Source: Octopus vulgaris
Taxonomy: Eukaryota
Length of the DNA stretch: 64,000 nucleotides
Reading direction: 5' to 3'
Assembly (NCBI GenBank): GCA_951406725.2
Contig: OX597825.1
Span: forward strand, 2,356,001-2,420,000
Each line of letters begins with the position of its first letter. The stretch's first letter is position 1. A program made the translations under genes and the position numbers. This document shows positions 1-12,420 of the stretch, one piece after another. The notes under the pieces were generated by a model. That model saw only the letters and a program-made list of their open reading frames with translations, searched no databases and was not told where the DNA came from.

Positions 1-195
1 GCTTCAAACCCAGCTGTCATAAATATAATCGATGTCCAAAGACCCGACCTTCCTCGCCTCACATCGAACCAATAAAAAAAAAAGAAATATTAGCGTTCGA
101 GAGAGAAATCAGAAATCATTTCGGTGATCAGCTGGAGGGCCATCGATCATTGATCTTCAAGCAATCTTCTCTGCCATAAGAACATGACGTTCACG

Positions 196-236
<41 letters not shown>

Positions 237-391
237 ATCTACTACCACCACCTCCACGATTATTACTACCTCCACTACTACCACCACCACCGCCACCACC
301 ACTACTACTACTACCACCACCACCACCAACATCAACACCAACACCACCATCACTACTTCTACTACTACTACTACTACTCCTACTCCTACTC

Positions 392-433
<42 letters not shown>

Positions 434-483
434 AACTACTACCACCAACAGCACCACTACCACTACTACTACTGCTGCTGCTG
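196..483. repeat. Compound (ACT)n/(ACC)n trinucleotide microsatellite
   Basis: Directly visible; explains the poly-Thr and poly-Val ORFs at 147-522. Confidence 0.95.
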
Positions 484-1452
484 CATTTGCTACGTCCTTA
501 CAATTTTTACTGCGTTGCATAACAAAGGCTAAAACAAAGGCGAAAATGGTTCAGCTGCCCCCCCCCCTTTTCCCCCCTATGATCCTACGATGTGTTTTTG
601 GGATTAATCGCCAAAATCAGGAACAGCAAAGATAAGTGGATGCTATCGGTTGCCTTGGCCGTCAATTGATATCGATCGGTGAATTTACAATTTTTAGTAA
701 CATAAAATTTTCAATAACAACAGTTCACATTGTTTTATGTTTATTGTTGTTTACGAACATTATTTTGTTATGTTTTTGATGAATTTAAACATAATTTGCA
801 TTAATTATACATAATCTGATTAAATGAATGTCTGATACTAGAAATATAATTCATATGTATATGTGTACACGTGTATGTATTTGTGTACCAGTGTATATAT
901 AAATGTGTAAAACGTATGTGTGCTTGTTTCATTGTGTGTATGTGTGTGAAGACCTATGTGAGTGTATTTGTGTAAATCTTGTTTATATCTGCTTTCTCAC
1001 TGTTGTGGTATAATGTTTTTTTGTGTATAAGGATATGTATATGAGTTTGTATGTGTGTATGGTCATAAATACGCGTGAAGCGGTACGTGAGTGTATTTAT
1101 GTGGTTGGTTTATGCGTTTGAGTCTGTGTGCGTGATATGTTGTGTTCGTTGTTGTCTGTTATGAATGAAAGAAATTTTGTTCACATTTTAAGTCCATTTT
1201 CCATGAATGATTGTAAATGTAATAAAGCAAAAAGAAAGATCGCTACACATACAAACACCAAGAACTAGCTTATTCTGTTTGCCGCCGAACGCATTCGTAC
1301 TGACTCACACGCACAAACATCAACACAGAACTACGCACCACAACATATACACAATGTAAGCACGACAACAGCCGTACAAACAAAACACGGGCACTACTAA
1401 CATTTCACACACATGCACACGTGGACAAACACATACGCAAACATTATCACAA

Positions 1453-1534
1453 TACACACACACATACATACATATATATATATATATACATACATACATA
1501 CATACATACATACATACATACATACATACATACA

Positions 1535-1570
<36 letters not shown>

Positions 1571-1572
1571 TG
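1453..1572. repeat. (CA)n/(TA)n/(CATA)n microsatellite
   Basis: Directly visible tandem units. Confidence 0.95.
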
Positions 1573-2860
1573 CACAGACTGTATATTGTTATTAGAAAAT
1601 ATCCGAAATATTCTATCATTTGTTGATGTCTTCTGCTTATCCGTATTTTTTTCTTTTGGGCATTTGCTTTTTTTTTCATAAAAAAATACAAAACAAAGCA
1701 AAATTATTGTATTGTTTTGCAATCTGTTAGATTTCATATGAAAACAAGGAATCTCTGAAATAAATCAGAAAGAAAAAAAGCAAGAAATGATGGAACATCT
1801 TCTATGCAGCTGTAATAGTTCAACTGATTTTCTTAGTAAGAATAAATGTAACTAAAAAGAAATAGAAAAAATATATAAAGTCCACCAGATTTGAAGTTCT
1901 ATAGATTTTTTTTACTTCTAATATCTTTAGACACTTCATAACGTGATGTTTCATATTAAGATACTGTAACTATCAGGACATATTTTACCTTGAAATTCTT
2001 GACATATCGGTCTTTTACTCCAGTTAAGGATTGAAATTACCAGGAATAATCTTTTCTACATCTTCTGACCTCTATCTTATTGGAAATCTTCGTTTTAATT
2101 GAATCTATATCCATCTAGAATCAGAAGCTTTAAGAGAGCGAAAGCTGCACAGAAGTGAATTTTAAAGGGCAGATAACCTAGTGGCCCGTTTCTCGTTTCC
2201 AATTATGTTGCCCGTTGGCTTCTCTGTGAGAACCTCACCCGTCGAATGACAGCTTATATATTTAATCTGGCAGTTGCCAAATACTTGACCTCCAGTTACG
2301 TTGCACTGGGATTCATAACAGCTGTTGCAAGTATAATCGGATCTGATATAGTATTGCATAATTTCCATTCATCTCTAATTTAAAACATAGTTAAATGATG
2401 ATAAATTGTATTGGCAAATGTTCTGCTAAAATTAAAAGGAGCAGCGAAGGAGGATACCTATGTACGGATGTAACACAAATATCAATGATATTATAGAGAC
2501 ATAATTCCGAATCTATAAACCGAAATAAAATGAGTGAAGGTCATACATTTTGACATACATACAGAAGAATATGCGTAGATCAAGAATCCTAATGTCGCAC
2601 TGGTATTTTAAGTGATCTCAGATATATGAATGTTACGATTAACTAAATCAGGATTAAAGTACCGCGAGTACGTGTGTGTGTGTGTGTATATATACACATA
2701 CACACATTTATATATACATATATGTACATATAAACACACACATATATTTGTACATACATAGATATATGTGCACATACGCTTATATATATATTCATACCTA
2801 CCCTATTACGTATCAAGATCACTACCTACATACTAACCTACCTACCTACCTACCTACCTA

Positions 2861-2902
<42 letters not shown>

Positions 2903-2906
<4 letters not shown>

Positions 2907-2945
2907 GCCTGCTCGCTTAGCCAGCGAGGTGGCGTCATTTGAAGG

Positions 2946-2948
<3 letters not shown>
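2903..2948 (+). mobile_element. Short fragment of an unclassified interspersed repeat inside a (TA)n tract
   Basis: TTGGGCCTGCTCGCTTAGCCAGCGAGGTGGCGTCATTTGAAGGCTA matches the reverse complement of about 37969-38013. Confidence 0.75.
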
Positions 2949-2993
<45 letters not shown>

Positions 2994-3177
2994 GTATGTA
3001 TATATTTTCAATGTGTATAAATAGCAAGGAAAATATAAATAAATATTTACCAGGGTAGAGAAAATTCAGTTAAGTGCCAAGTACATTACAACTTATTTAT
3101 AAAGGTAGAAATTCAAGGGTTAACTGAAATGTAAAAATTCGGTTAAAAATGGCTTATTGATGTGTTTTGTTCCTTTT

Positions 3178-3264
3178 TTCCCTGACGAAATGATTTCGTT
3201 GTCTTACATCATTTTTATTCCCTCCGAAATAATCTCCATTCTTCTTTCGAAATATATGTTGGAA
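3178..3264 (+). ncRNA. Degenerate type I hammerhead ribozyme motif in a Penelope-like repeat (element about 3010-3310, between (TA)n tracts)
   Basis: ttcc-CTGACGA-long stem II (aatg/catt, atttcg/cgaaat)-GAAA-tatatg-TT-ggaa. Stem I ttcc/ggaa is intact; the stem II base is broken and the stem III palindrome has one mismatch. Confidence 0.5.
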
Positions 3265-3305
3265 GTATAAATGATTTGAATAAGACCTGCGTTTGACTCC
3301 ATTTC

Positions 3306-3363
<58 letters not shown>

Positions 3364-4294
3364 TTGTTTGATAAACTCAGGATATATTTCTATGTACTAC
3401 TATTAGTTTACTGTGCTGAGATTATGACAAACAGTCTTTTTAACATTTCTGGTGTCCTAGAGCAATTATCATATACTGCCCACATACTATAACGAATTGA
3501 AAATTGAACAATACGATGAGAGAAAAATGCGGATGTAAAAAGTGAAAATTTGAAAAAGAAGAAATGGAAAAGACCATCAGAAAGAAGAAAACGGGGGAAT
3601 TAAAGTTATTTCCCATTACACCGTAAAATACAAGGTTGAAAATATAGTGGCTTAGTCTGTCTGGTACAGTTATTCAACCCGGACAGGGAGACACTTTCCA
3701 ATTAACCAACAGGAACTTATCCATATACTTACAACTGCTGAATATTTCGGACCTAGAATTCATCAGTGAGTTAGAATTCTTAGATCTGAAACTGATCTGA
3801 AGCTATGCGTAGCTGAAAGAACTCAGATCCAGAATTAAGATGCTTTTATAACGTTTACGTAAATTATGTATAAACAAACCCATGCAGACAGACAAACACA
3901 CACACGTATATACATAAAACGTCACAAAAAAAACTGTAGAACGGTTCACAGTCCCATAAATAATTATGGAAAACGAACATTTTCTACGCTAAAAATATGC
4001 CGAAATACGATGTAGGAATACATCTTGATTATTTGAGAGGGGCTCAGCGACACATTACACGTATTTCTTCTGCAAACAATAACCCTGATCGGCTGCTAAT
4101 ACAGGAATGATGAACAAGGCTAGCAGCTTGGTGCACAGAATATTTAATATAAGTGTTAATAACAAATCAGCAGTAATTATATAGTCTTTATTTATACACT
4201 ACAAAATATCTGAATTGAGTATAAACAGTAAAATATAAACAAATAACAATTTATAGTTCTTTAAAATGAATGTAAATTCCCCTTTTCTATTTTA

Positions 4295-4874
4295 TCGATG
4301 CTGGGTAAAAACCCTTGCCTTAACCATTTCAAAGATTCTTCATCAACTGTCTTTTACAAAAACTCTACGTGTAGGACTTTCTCTTCCCAATTAATGCTTT
4401 TTTTTGTATTAGTCCTAATATTATACTCCTGGAGAGTCTCACCACTTTCACACATCCCTTCACTCAGTGCAGCCAGCAACATTCTTTCACCACTATTCCT
4501 CAGATAAGCATGTCAGCATTTGATCTCCTTTACAACACTATCCTCTATTCCGCTTCATTATTTCTAGTATGAAGCCATCCATGCGTAGCTATCCTTTTCC
4601 TTGTTTTTCTATGTTGGCAAGTCATTCCTTTGCCCATTCCACAACTCATGCGTAGTCACATGTCACCTGCAGCTCACAAACTGAAGCCTCTAAATAGGTG
4701 CCCTCCATTCAGCTTACATCTCCACAGCTTTTATTACTCTCCTGATATATTCGGGATAAATTACATCGTTCATCTTCCAGCGGATGAAAATGTACCCCTG
4801 TATCTCCATGTCTTTGAATTACTATTTCACTTCATGAGCCAGGGTTCCATGTTGGTTTGTCTGAGATTCTCTGA

Positions 4875-4875
<1 letters not shown>
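4295..4875 (-). mobile_element. Decayed R4/Dong-like non-LTR retrotransposon fragment (late RT and post-RT region)
   Basis: Manual minus-strand translation gives EYIRRVIK, KLNGGHL, IEDSVVKEIKC, YLRNSGERMLLAA, NWEEKVLH and SLKWLRQGFL, resembling R4/Dong/Rex6 motifs; many stops and frameshifts. Confidence 0.6.
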
Positions 4876-4955
<80 letters not shown>

Positions 4956-4959
4956 CAAT

Positions 4960-5200
4960 CTTTTATTTCTTTTCAGTTATTAGACTTCGGCTATGATGGG
5001 TCCCTGCCTTCAAGAGATTTTAGTCGAATGGATAGATCCCAGTACTTATTTTTTGGCAAGGCCGGTGTGTATAACATCTATCTTCATTATCATAAATATA
5101 CTTTTTAAAATAATATAATATTAATATTATTCAGAGATATTATGTCGCACGGTATCATGGACTGGAATTGAACCGGGAACCAAGCGATTGGGCAGCAACA
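4960..5200 (-). mobile_element. Degenerate, internally deleted tRNA-derived SINE (family of 28948-29447)
   Basis: Reverse complement carries the head (gttcccggttcaattccag) and the 3' end (ataagtactgg...cgactaaa...ccatcatagccg). Confidence 0.55.
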
Positions 5201-5944
5201 TATATTTACATACAGGCGCGCATATATATTTACGCTACCAACTTAACGTGATGTCAATTATTTGAAATTTCACAGACGCAGAGGAGAACCCCCAAATACC
5301 ATAATTATGTGGGTGTGTGTGCGAAGTATATATTCTGTGTCGAGTGTATATGATACACTGTTTAGTATTCCTCACATTCGCCATAATTTCATACTTCAAA
5401 TATGAAAAAAGAGACTGTAGCTCTTTTTGCCCCAGTAGACGGTTACATACCGAATTATACTCACAAATATATTCCTTCCTTGTCATATTAATTTGCGAAT
5501 AATATTCTTCAAAATCTTCTTACCTGTCCAAACTCGTTTTTGATGAGTAGCCTCTGGCCATTCTTACTCAAGTTGGCAGTAATTCAAACCATGAAATCCT
5601 AGACTTCATTATCATATGTATATTTCTTAAAATAAAATAAAATAACTCTAATGTTAATCTCAGGTTTAGCTTCAATTCGAATTAGCTGATATTCTAACAT
5701 GCTTGCTACCAAAGGTAGATATTTATTATCAGACAAAGATGCTCTTATGACACATCGGTCGTTCTCTCAAAAGTATTTCTCTATTTTTCAAGATAGCGAT
5801 TCTTCATATAAAATTTTTCTTCCGATATTAGTTGTTTGTCTATCATTAGTAGTTTGAAAGTATTTTTGCGATAACACATTTCTTATTCTTACGATTTGCC
5901 GTTTTCTTTCGTTTGCAAACACAGTTCCGATGTATCTTTTATAT

Positions 5945-6380
5945 TTTATTCTCTCCTTTTTCCAATCATTAGACTGCGGCCATGCTGAAGCACCACTTCG
6001 ATCAATGATTTTGTCGAATGAATCAGCTCGGTATTTATTTCTTGGCACCTCTCTTCTACTTATTTGATCGGTGACTTTTGTCGAACCGCTAATGTTTAGG
6101 GAGAGGGGTCGTAAAAACCCCAACATCGGTTGCCAAGCAAAGGTAGGAGCAACCTCAGACACACAGACAGACAGACACACACACACACAATCTCTCTCTC
6201 TCTCTCTCTTTCTCACACATACATATGTACGACTGGTTTCTTTCAGTTTCCATCTAACAAATCCTGTTACAAGGCTGGAGGCAATCCTGTCAGTCGGCTG
6301 GACACAATAAGAAAAGACAATGGCCCAAGGAGACATGCGGGGGGAATCAATCCGAAATTATGTGGTTGGGAAGTAACCAA
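5945..6380 (-). mobile_element. tRNA-derived SINE with internal microsatellite (family of 28948-29447)
   Basis: Colinear with 28948-29447: ttcccaaccac head, ccttgggc core, ggaaactgaaagaa, internal (GA)/(GT) tract, gcggttcgacaaaag, gtggtgcttcagcatggccgcagtc tail. Confidence 0.8.
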
Positions 6381-7974
6381 TATCTGCAAAATATAGGTCG
6401 ACGTGGGCCATGATTTCTTGATGATATTTAAATTCAGCCGCAACGATCCTAGTTTCTCTCAACAATAATTATCCTGAGCTATATCGCCCACTATGTGATT
6501 TATAAACAGGAATGTGTATTCCGAGGAATATTTGACTGTTCTATCTAGCACGACGATCGGGTTGACAAAAGCTCTATCGTTGACTCAGGGTTATATTCGG
6601 ATTAAAGCGGAGTCGCTAGACATCCAATAACAATGAGAATATTTTTCTTTAGATAATATCCTTTAAAAGATTATTAGAGATAATAGCTTGACGTTGCATT
6701 TCTGGAGATTTAATGGCAGCACTGAATGTTTTAGTAGCTTTATCACTCGATCATAAATTAGTGTTTAGAAGATAGAAACTAAAACTTAGTATGTGTTCTT
6801 TTTGTTCATTATTATTTTTCCTTACTATTCGTTTAAAATAATTTTCCGTTCCGTTCTTCCTCATTCTGTAATTTCTATCGTTGTAATGACATATGTGAAA
6901 TCAGAAAATTTTCAATGTTAAGCTTCATAAAAATAGCGGTCAATTTAAAGTTTCTGTTTCTAGTTCAAAGATAATAATATATAATTAGCATCATTATAAT
7001 CAAATTTTTTTTTATCGGTTTTGGCCTGCAAAAATAAATTATAGTGATTCTAACGATACACAGTTCGTGCAGCAGGCATATTGGAAAGTATTGCATTTAT
7101 GAGAATAGTTACTGGCGTTCATCTGAGAGTGGTGTACACAATTTATATCATTTTGAATATTATTTTATCATATACCACACATACATACATTATTACATAC
7201 ATACTTACATATATACTACATACTTATATACATACATAAATACATGTATACATAATGGCTTAACTATACACAAATATATAATATTGGTAGACTTAATTTG
7301 CCGTCCGATTTCACACCACAGCATAACTCGTGGAGACCATATGCTGAGTAGAGGATGGGGTAAAAACTAAGGCCAGGTCTCCACTTAGAAGCAATTTCTT
7401 GGTAACATATTTTAGTGTATTAACAGTGTGCTATTGGCACTGCTCTGCATCCATTCTGTTCGCCGAAATTCTCTGAATGTTTGTGTGTAAATCTCTACCT
7501 CTCTCCATCTACTTATATCCACATACATGGTAAGTGGTCCTTCTTCACACATGATATATATGTGCGTGTATATGTGTGTGTATGTATAAATGTGTGTGCA
7601 AGTATATGTATGAATATATTCATACATACGCAAACACATACGTACAAACACGCATGTATCAATATATATATATATATTAGATGCGTTTGAATGTATACAA
7701 CTTGAAACTCATTTCTGTTTGTGGAAGACCTTTAAACGTCGATGCTCGACGAATAGAATCTGCGACACATTCAATATAAAGCATAAAGATATGTTCTGAT
7801 GACCACATGATCCAGTAAAGCCACCGGTTTATTTTACGTAAGCATCTGTCTGTTAAGTATACAGCTTCTTCCATGTTAATTCAAGGAGAAGATTTAGGAG
7901 ATTGATAGACAGAAAAATTCATCCTCGAAAGATATCGAGATCCATTACGCGCAACATCCACACATTCAACACAA

Positions 7975-7976
7975 CA

Positions 7977-8039
<63 letters not shown>

Positions 8040-8060
8040 AAACACACACAAGCACACGCA
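7975..8060. repeat. (CA)n microsatellite
   Basis: Directly visible. Confidence 0.95.
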
Positions 8061-8457
8061 TGTCAAGTATCAGTTGTGTCGAATTATGCAAACACGGCAC
8101 AAGCAATGCTCTAGCGAACGGTTGGCTGTGATGGCTAAAAGGAATTCAACAAAAGTAATTACGTTAGCACAGATAAAAACACAGTTTTCTTTCCTTTCCT
8201 CCAACGTCCTTTTCCTCCTCTCACATATTTAATCATCACAGTTACGTTTCATCCAAACACATTAGTCTGGCCAACGTTTCTCAAATCATTCCTCGGCGGC
8301 AGTTAATGCTATGCAATCCCGTCATCCATATTTTCACCTACTTCTCACCGTCATTGATCTGTCAATATCAGGGGGGTGGATGGCCTTCACATTTAATGTT
8401 TGCCGTCTCTATTTTACTGATTATACGTAACTGAAAAATACACCCACACACACCTTC

Positions 8458-8502
8458 CATACATACATATATACATGCATACATACATATACATACATGC
8501 AT

Positions 8503-8562
<60 letters not shown>

Positions 8563-8604
8563 ATATGCATATATACATATACACACGCATATGTACACAC
8601 CCAC

Positions 8605-8672
<68 letters not shown>
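8458..8672. repeat. Compound (CATA)/(CA)/(TA) microsatellite
   Basis: Directly visible. Confidence 0.95.
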
Positions 8673-8674
<2 letters not shown>

Positions 8675-8689
8675 TCTTAAACATACTAT

Positions 8690-9160
8690 TTTGGTACCGG
8701 AAAGCGATTTTCGTCACTACTTCAGGGAGTCCCGGGCTCGGCTGACTCCGGCTGACAGTACCCGGTATGGGCCCCTGTACAGGGTTACGGAAAGGGGACA
8801 ACCTTGAAAGAAATCCGGTTTAGTGTTCGATTCAACACTCTTCCGGCAGCTCCTGCAGCCAAGCTGGTGCCAAACGTAATGCTTCGCACTCCTTTAGACT
8901 ACATCAGCAAGGTCGAGAGAGGAATCCTGACGATTGGGCTACCCAGGATTTTCTTACATCTAGCCCAGGCCTGCGCAAAACTGGAGAGGAAACTGGAGAG
9001 GACATGGAATTTAAAAACCAGACTGGATGAGTTTATGCGCAACTCCATTGTATCCCGAGACAAAGGGATGCCAACAATTTATTATTTTATACTAAAATAC
9101 CGTAGACAGTGACCTCGAAGTTTCGGTCAGCTGCGCCAACGTAGGAATGCCTGTCTTTAA
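8690..9160 (+). mobile_element. 5'-UTR fragment of an RTE-clade LINE or non-autonomous derivative
   Basis: GC-rich island; 8864-8995 is colinear with the body of the SINE at 9448-9585 (ctggtgccaa, gagag.gga, tgggc, gccc.gg, ggag). Ends in VSCANVGM, weakly like an APE N-terminus. Confidence 0.55.
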
Positions 9161-9292
9161 ACATTCTTGAATATGTATAATAAATTTGTACCCTACAAAA
9201 GAATAGAGTAACCCGTGAGATTAAAGTAAAATTGTTCTTATTATAACTCATCATAAAAACAAAAACTAATATACTTAGCATGTATATATATG

Positions 9293-9634
9293 TGAAGGCT
9301 CATGGCTCAGTGGTTAGAGCGTCGAGCTTACGATCGTGAGGTTGTGAGCTCGAATCCCGGACCGGGCTGCGTGTTGTGTTCTTGAGCAAGGCACTTTATT
9401 TCACGTTGCTCCAGTTCACTCAGCTGTAGAAATGAGTTGCGACGTCACTGGTGCCAAGCTGTATCGACCTTTGTCTTTCCCTTGGATAACGCTGGTGGTG
9501 TGGAGAGGGGAGGCTGGTATGCATGGGCGACTGCTGGTCTTCCATAAACAGCCTTGCCCGGACTTGTGTCTAGGAGGGTAACTTTCTAGGTGTAATCCCA
9601 TGGTCATTCATGACCGAAGGGGCCTTTACCCTTT
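9293..9634 (+). mobile_element. Full-length tRNA-derived SINE: tRNA head + CORE-like domain + RTE/Ceph-like body + ctttacc tail
   Basis: A box TGGCTCAGTGG (9303-9313), B-box-like GCTCGAATCC (9348-9357), CORE-like gtgttcttgagcaaggcactt...cagctgtagaaatgag, and tatatatatg on both flanks as a probable TSD. Confidence 0.9.
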
Positions 9635-9916
9635 ATATATATGTGTGTGTGTGTGTATGTTCATTTGTGTGAGTGTGTATATGTGTGAGTGTATATTTAT
9701 CTATATGCTTGCATATACACATACGAGCACACATATACGTGCATGCATACGCATAAACTAAGGTACTCATAAATACTGATCGAAACTCTCCCGCTGTCTC
9801 TTTTCCGGAAGCGCATGGTAATATCCGTCAATATTTCACGCCATCATATAAATATAACGTAGATTATTTACATTATTTACATTTGATGGATATTTGTCCC
9901 CATCTTGTTTGTTGTT

Positions 9917-9962
9917 AACACAACGTTTCGGCTGATACACCCTCCAGCCTTCTTCAGGTGTC
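9917..9962 (-). ncRNA. Minimal type I hammerhead ribozyme
   Basis: Reverse complement: gacac-CUGAAGA-a-ggcug-gaggguguau-cagcc-GAAA-cg-UU-guguu. Stem I 5 bp, stem II 5 bp, palindromic ACGU stem III. Confidence 0.85.
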
Positions 9963-10000
9963 TTGGGGATTCTCATTCCTAAGGTTCGAAAATTCCTCAA

Positions 10001-10046
10001 GACACCTGATGAAGGCTGGAGGGTGTATCAGCCGAAACGTCGTGTT
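10001..10046 (+). ncRNA. Minimal type I hammerhead ribozyme
   Basis: gacac-CUGAUGA-a-ggcug-gaggguguau-cagcc-GAAA-cg-UC-guguu; predicted cleavage after C10041 (GUC). Confidence 0.88.
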
Positions 10047-11779
10047 AACAACAAACAAGACGAGGACAAATATTCGTGAAATGTAAATAATGTAAATAAG
10101 TTACACAATTCCTCTTTACTTAAATATAGAACTGTATATCCATAAAACAATATTATTCACTATTTAACAGAAAAGCAAATCTAGCACTTCCAAAACTGCA
10201 GTAACAAAATACATCATGCGTTTTGGTTTTAAAAATAGAAACGTAAAATACATATTTCCTATTAAAAGCTTCATCATCAGGACCCTCGTCAGACCTGGGC
10301 GTGCTTCAGAATATTATGGGTGGGAGCAGATTCGTAATAATGCTGCAGTGATATCACCCTTAAGTTTTGCGAAAATATTGTCAATTTAATGTTTCAAAGA
10401 TTGTTTACAAACAGGTAAAAATAGTTGTTCAAAATTTCTATATTTTTGAGCCCCTCCGCCTCTTAATGCCTCAACCTCTCCCTCGGTCCCTTGTTGATTC
10501 TTGATCTCTTATGAACATCCTTTCAAAATTGTTTTAAACACAGGAGATGTTGATTATCCAAAAGATGCTTTCCATCTTTGCCTCCTCGACTCTCCTCTGT
10601 TTTGAAGCATGTAACAAGGTCTAAATTTTAAAGATTACGGCTTTGTGCTTTAGGGTTATGGTATAGGTTTAAGGTGACCAGGCTTAGAATTTATGGTTAG
10701 CGTTTTGAGTTAAGTGAAGAAGAGATGTACTTCTTTCGCAGTATCACGATCTTACTTGTTTTAGACAGAAATATAAAGACATTGTTAAAATATAAATAGA
10801 TTATAAACTCCACCAATTCTAAAACATCGTAGTGTATTCAATTACTATTATCGCACATTATTTTATGAAATTTATCAATTTTAATAACATTATTTTAATC
10901 AATATATGAGCAAACTATTAGGTCTGTCCTATATTTAAACCAAACATATTATAACTTCTGAAGTTTGTGCTGATACTGAAAATTTACGAAATTTATAACA
11001 TTGCTGTAAACGAATTTGATTAACTAACACAAATATTATATTCATAAAAATTCATTAAAATAATTGTAATCTTCTTGACGTAGAAAAGAAATGTTCAAAA
11101 AACTTTTCAATTTCGAATTTTATTTTGTGTATGAAGCTGTCTATGAATGCGCGTATCAAAATGTTGCTATTTCATTGATGCTTCAGAGAACGTTGATAAA
11201 GTGTAAATATGTAGGCCAATGTGGAGATGAGTCAATGTAGGGAGATAGGACTCGCAAGAAGCCTGGCTTTCAGCAAAAAAAAAGTAGATATTTGGTAAAG
11301 TAGTCTTAAATGAAGATAATGAAGACCAGAACTGATACCTACAGAAATAATATTTTCTGAAAGGTAACGTTTAGCAACACTTAGTTCCTTGTAGATTATG
11401 CTGACCAAATACTTTATAGTCACGAGTTCAAAGGGAGGTGAAAATTTTGAAACTACTAAGATGCTTCTGATTCAGGAGGCAAAGATTCCACACCTGTTCC
11501 AATACAAATTATCAAAAGCACCGCGTAAATAGGATTAAAAAGTAAAAGTAGATATTTGTTATAAGATTGACATTATTACTGGTGATTGTGTAATATATTC
11601 TGGACCTTTATGAGTGTGGTGAGGAATAAAACGATCATCTTTTAAATTAATTGTCTCAGCCAGAGAGAAGATGCGCTGAGATTTTCTCTTGTCTATTCTG
11701 ATTCCTTTCAAAATAAATATTCAATACACTAAAGTATAAGACATATTCATTCAGAAGTGCAAAAAAGGACGTAAAAAGA

Positions 11780-12420
11780 AAAAAAATCACTGTAGTGACG
11801 TAGTGACAATTTCTTTATTGCTTGAAAAATCAATGGCATTGAATATAGATTTGGGGCTAGTAACCTGTTTCCAAATAGCACTTGCCTCCGTTCTGATGTT
11901 TATGTCATAACTGTCGTGCTCTGCATCTCACATCACTTCTAAAGTTGTATAATTTCATTTTGCATCATAACAGTTGTCTACGACTCCTTTTTAGGTACCG
12001 TCGTAAGTATTTCTATTAAGTTAGAGTCTTTTGTGAGAGAATATTCAAAAAGCCGTAAAAACAGTCTAGAAATTTTCATTTTCATTATCGTTGTCATGAC
12101 AACTGGAATTTTCATTGCCATCACACTGAAGTGCAACTTAACTAACTTCTACAATGCATCGTAAATAAAAGCGACTGTTTCCAGTTCTTCATTGTCAATT
12201 CTAGATGCTTTCCCATTAGTCGTCCTGCGTTTCTACCTTTCACTACAAGCTACATTTTTTGTGGGACAAAATTCTCATGCCTGCTAAAATCTATGTTTTT
12301 GACAAAGCATTATTCCTGTTAATATATCTTTCAAATTTATAAGTATATTCACCATTCTAAGATGTACAAAATCATTACAACAATAGCAAAATAGAGAATC
12401 CTAAACAGAGTCAGCCACTG
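11780..12420 (-). mobile_element. Possible very old mariner transposase relic
   Basis: Minus-strand GKASRIDNEELETV resembles the mariner GRPxxxDNDELxAIV segment also present at about 19720; the rest is barely alignable. Confidence 0.3.

Larger units (their letters stand above)
9864..10135. mobile_element. Palindromic (inverted pseudo-LTR) Penelope-like element
   Basis: Arms 9864-9968 and 9995-10099 are reverse complements (105 bp, 8 mismatches by manual count) around a 26-nt spacer; each arm carries a hammerhead. Confidence 0.85.

Noticed and set aside
8700-8960. Possible HDV-like or hammerhead ribozyme in the RTE-like 5' region (CTGACGA at about 8927)
   Set aside because: I could not build the nested double pseudoknot, and no GAAA with stems follows the CTGACGA.
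9293-9370. tRNA-like sequence with A and B boxes
   Set aside because: No complete cloverleaf; it continues into a SINE body, so it is a SINE head and not a tRNA gene.
10648-10715. Telomere-like TTAGGG variants
   Set aside because: Only one exact unit amid very degenerate sequence; not an interstitial telomeric array.
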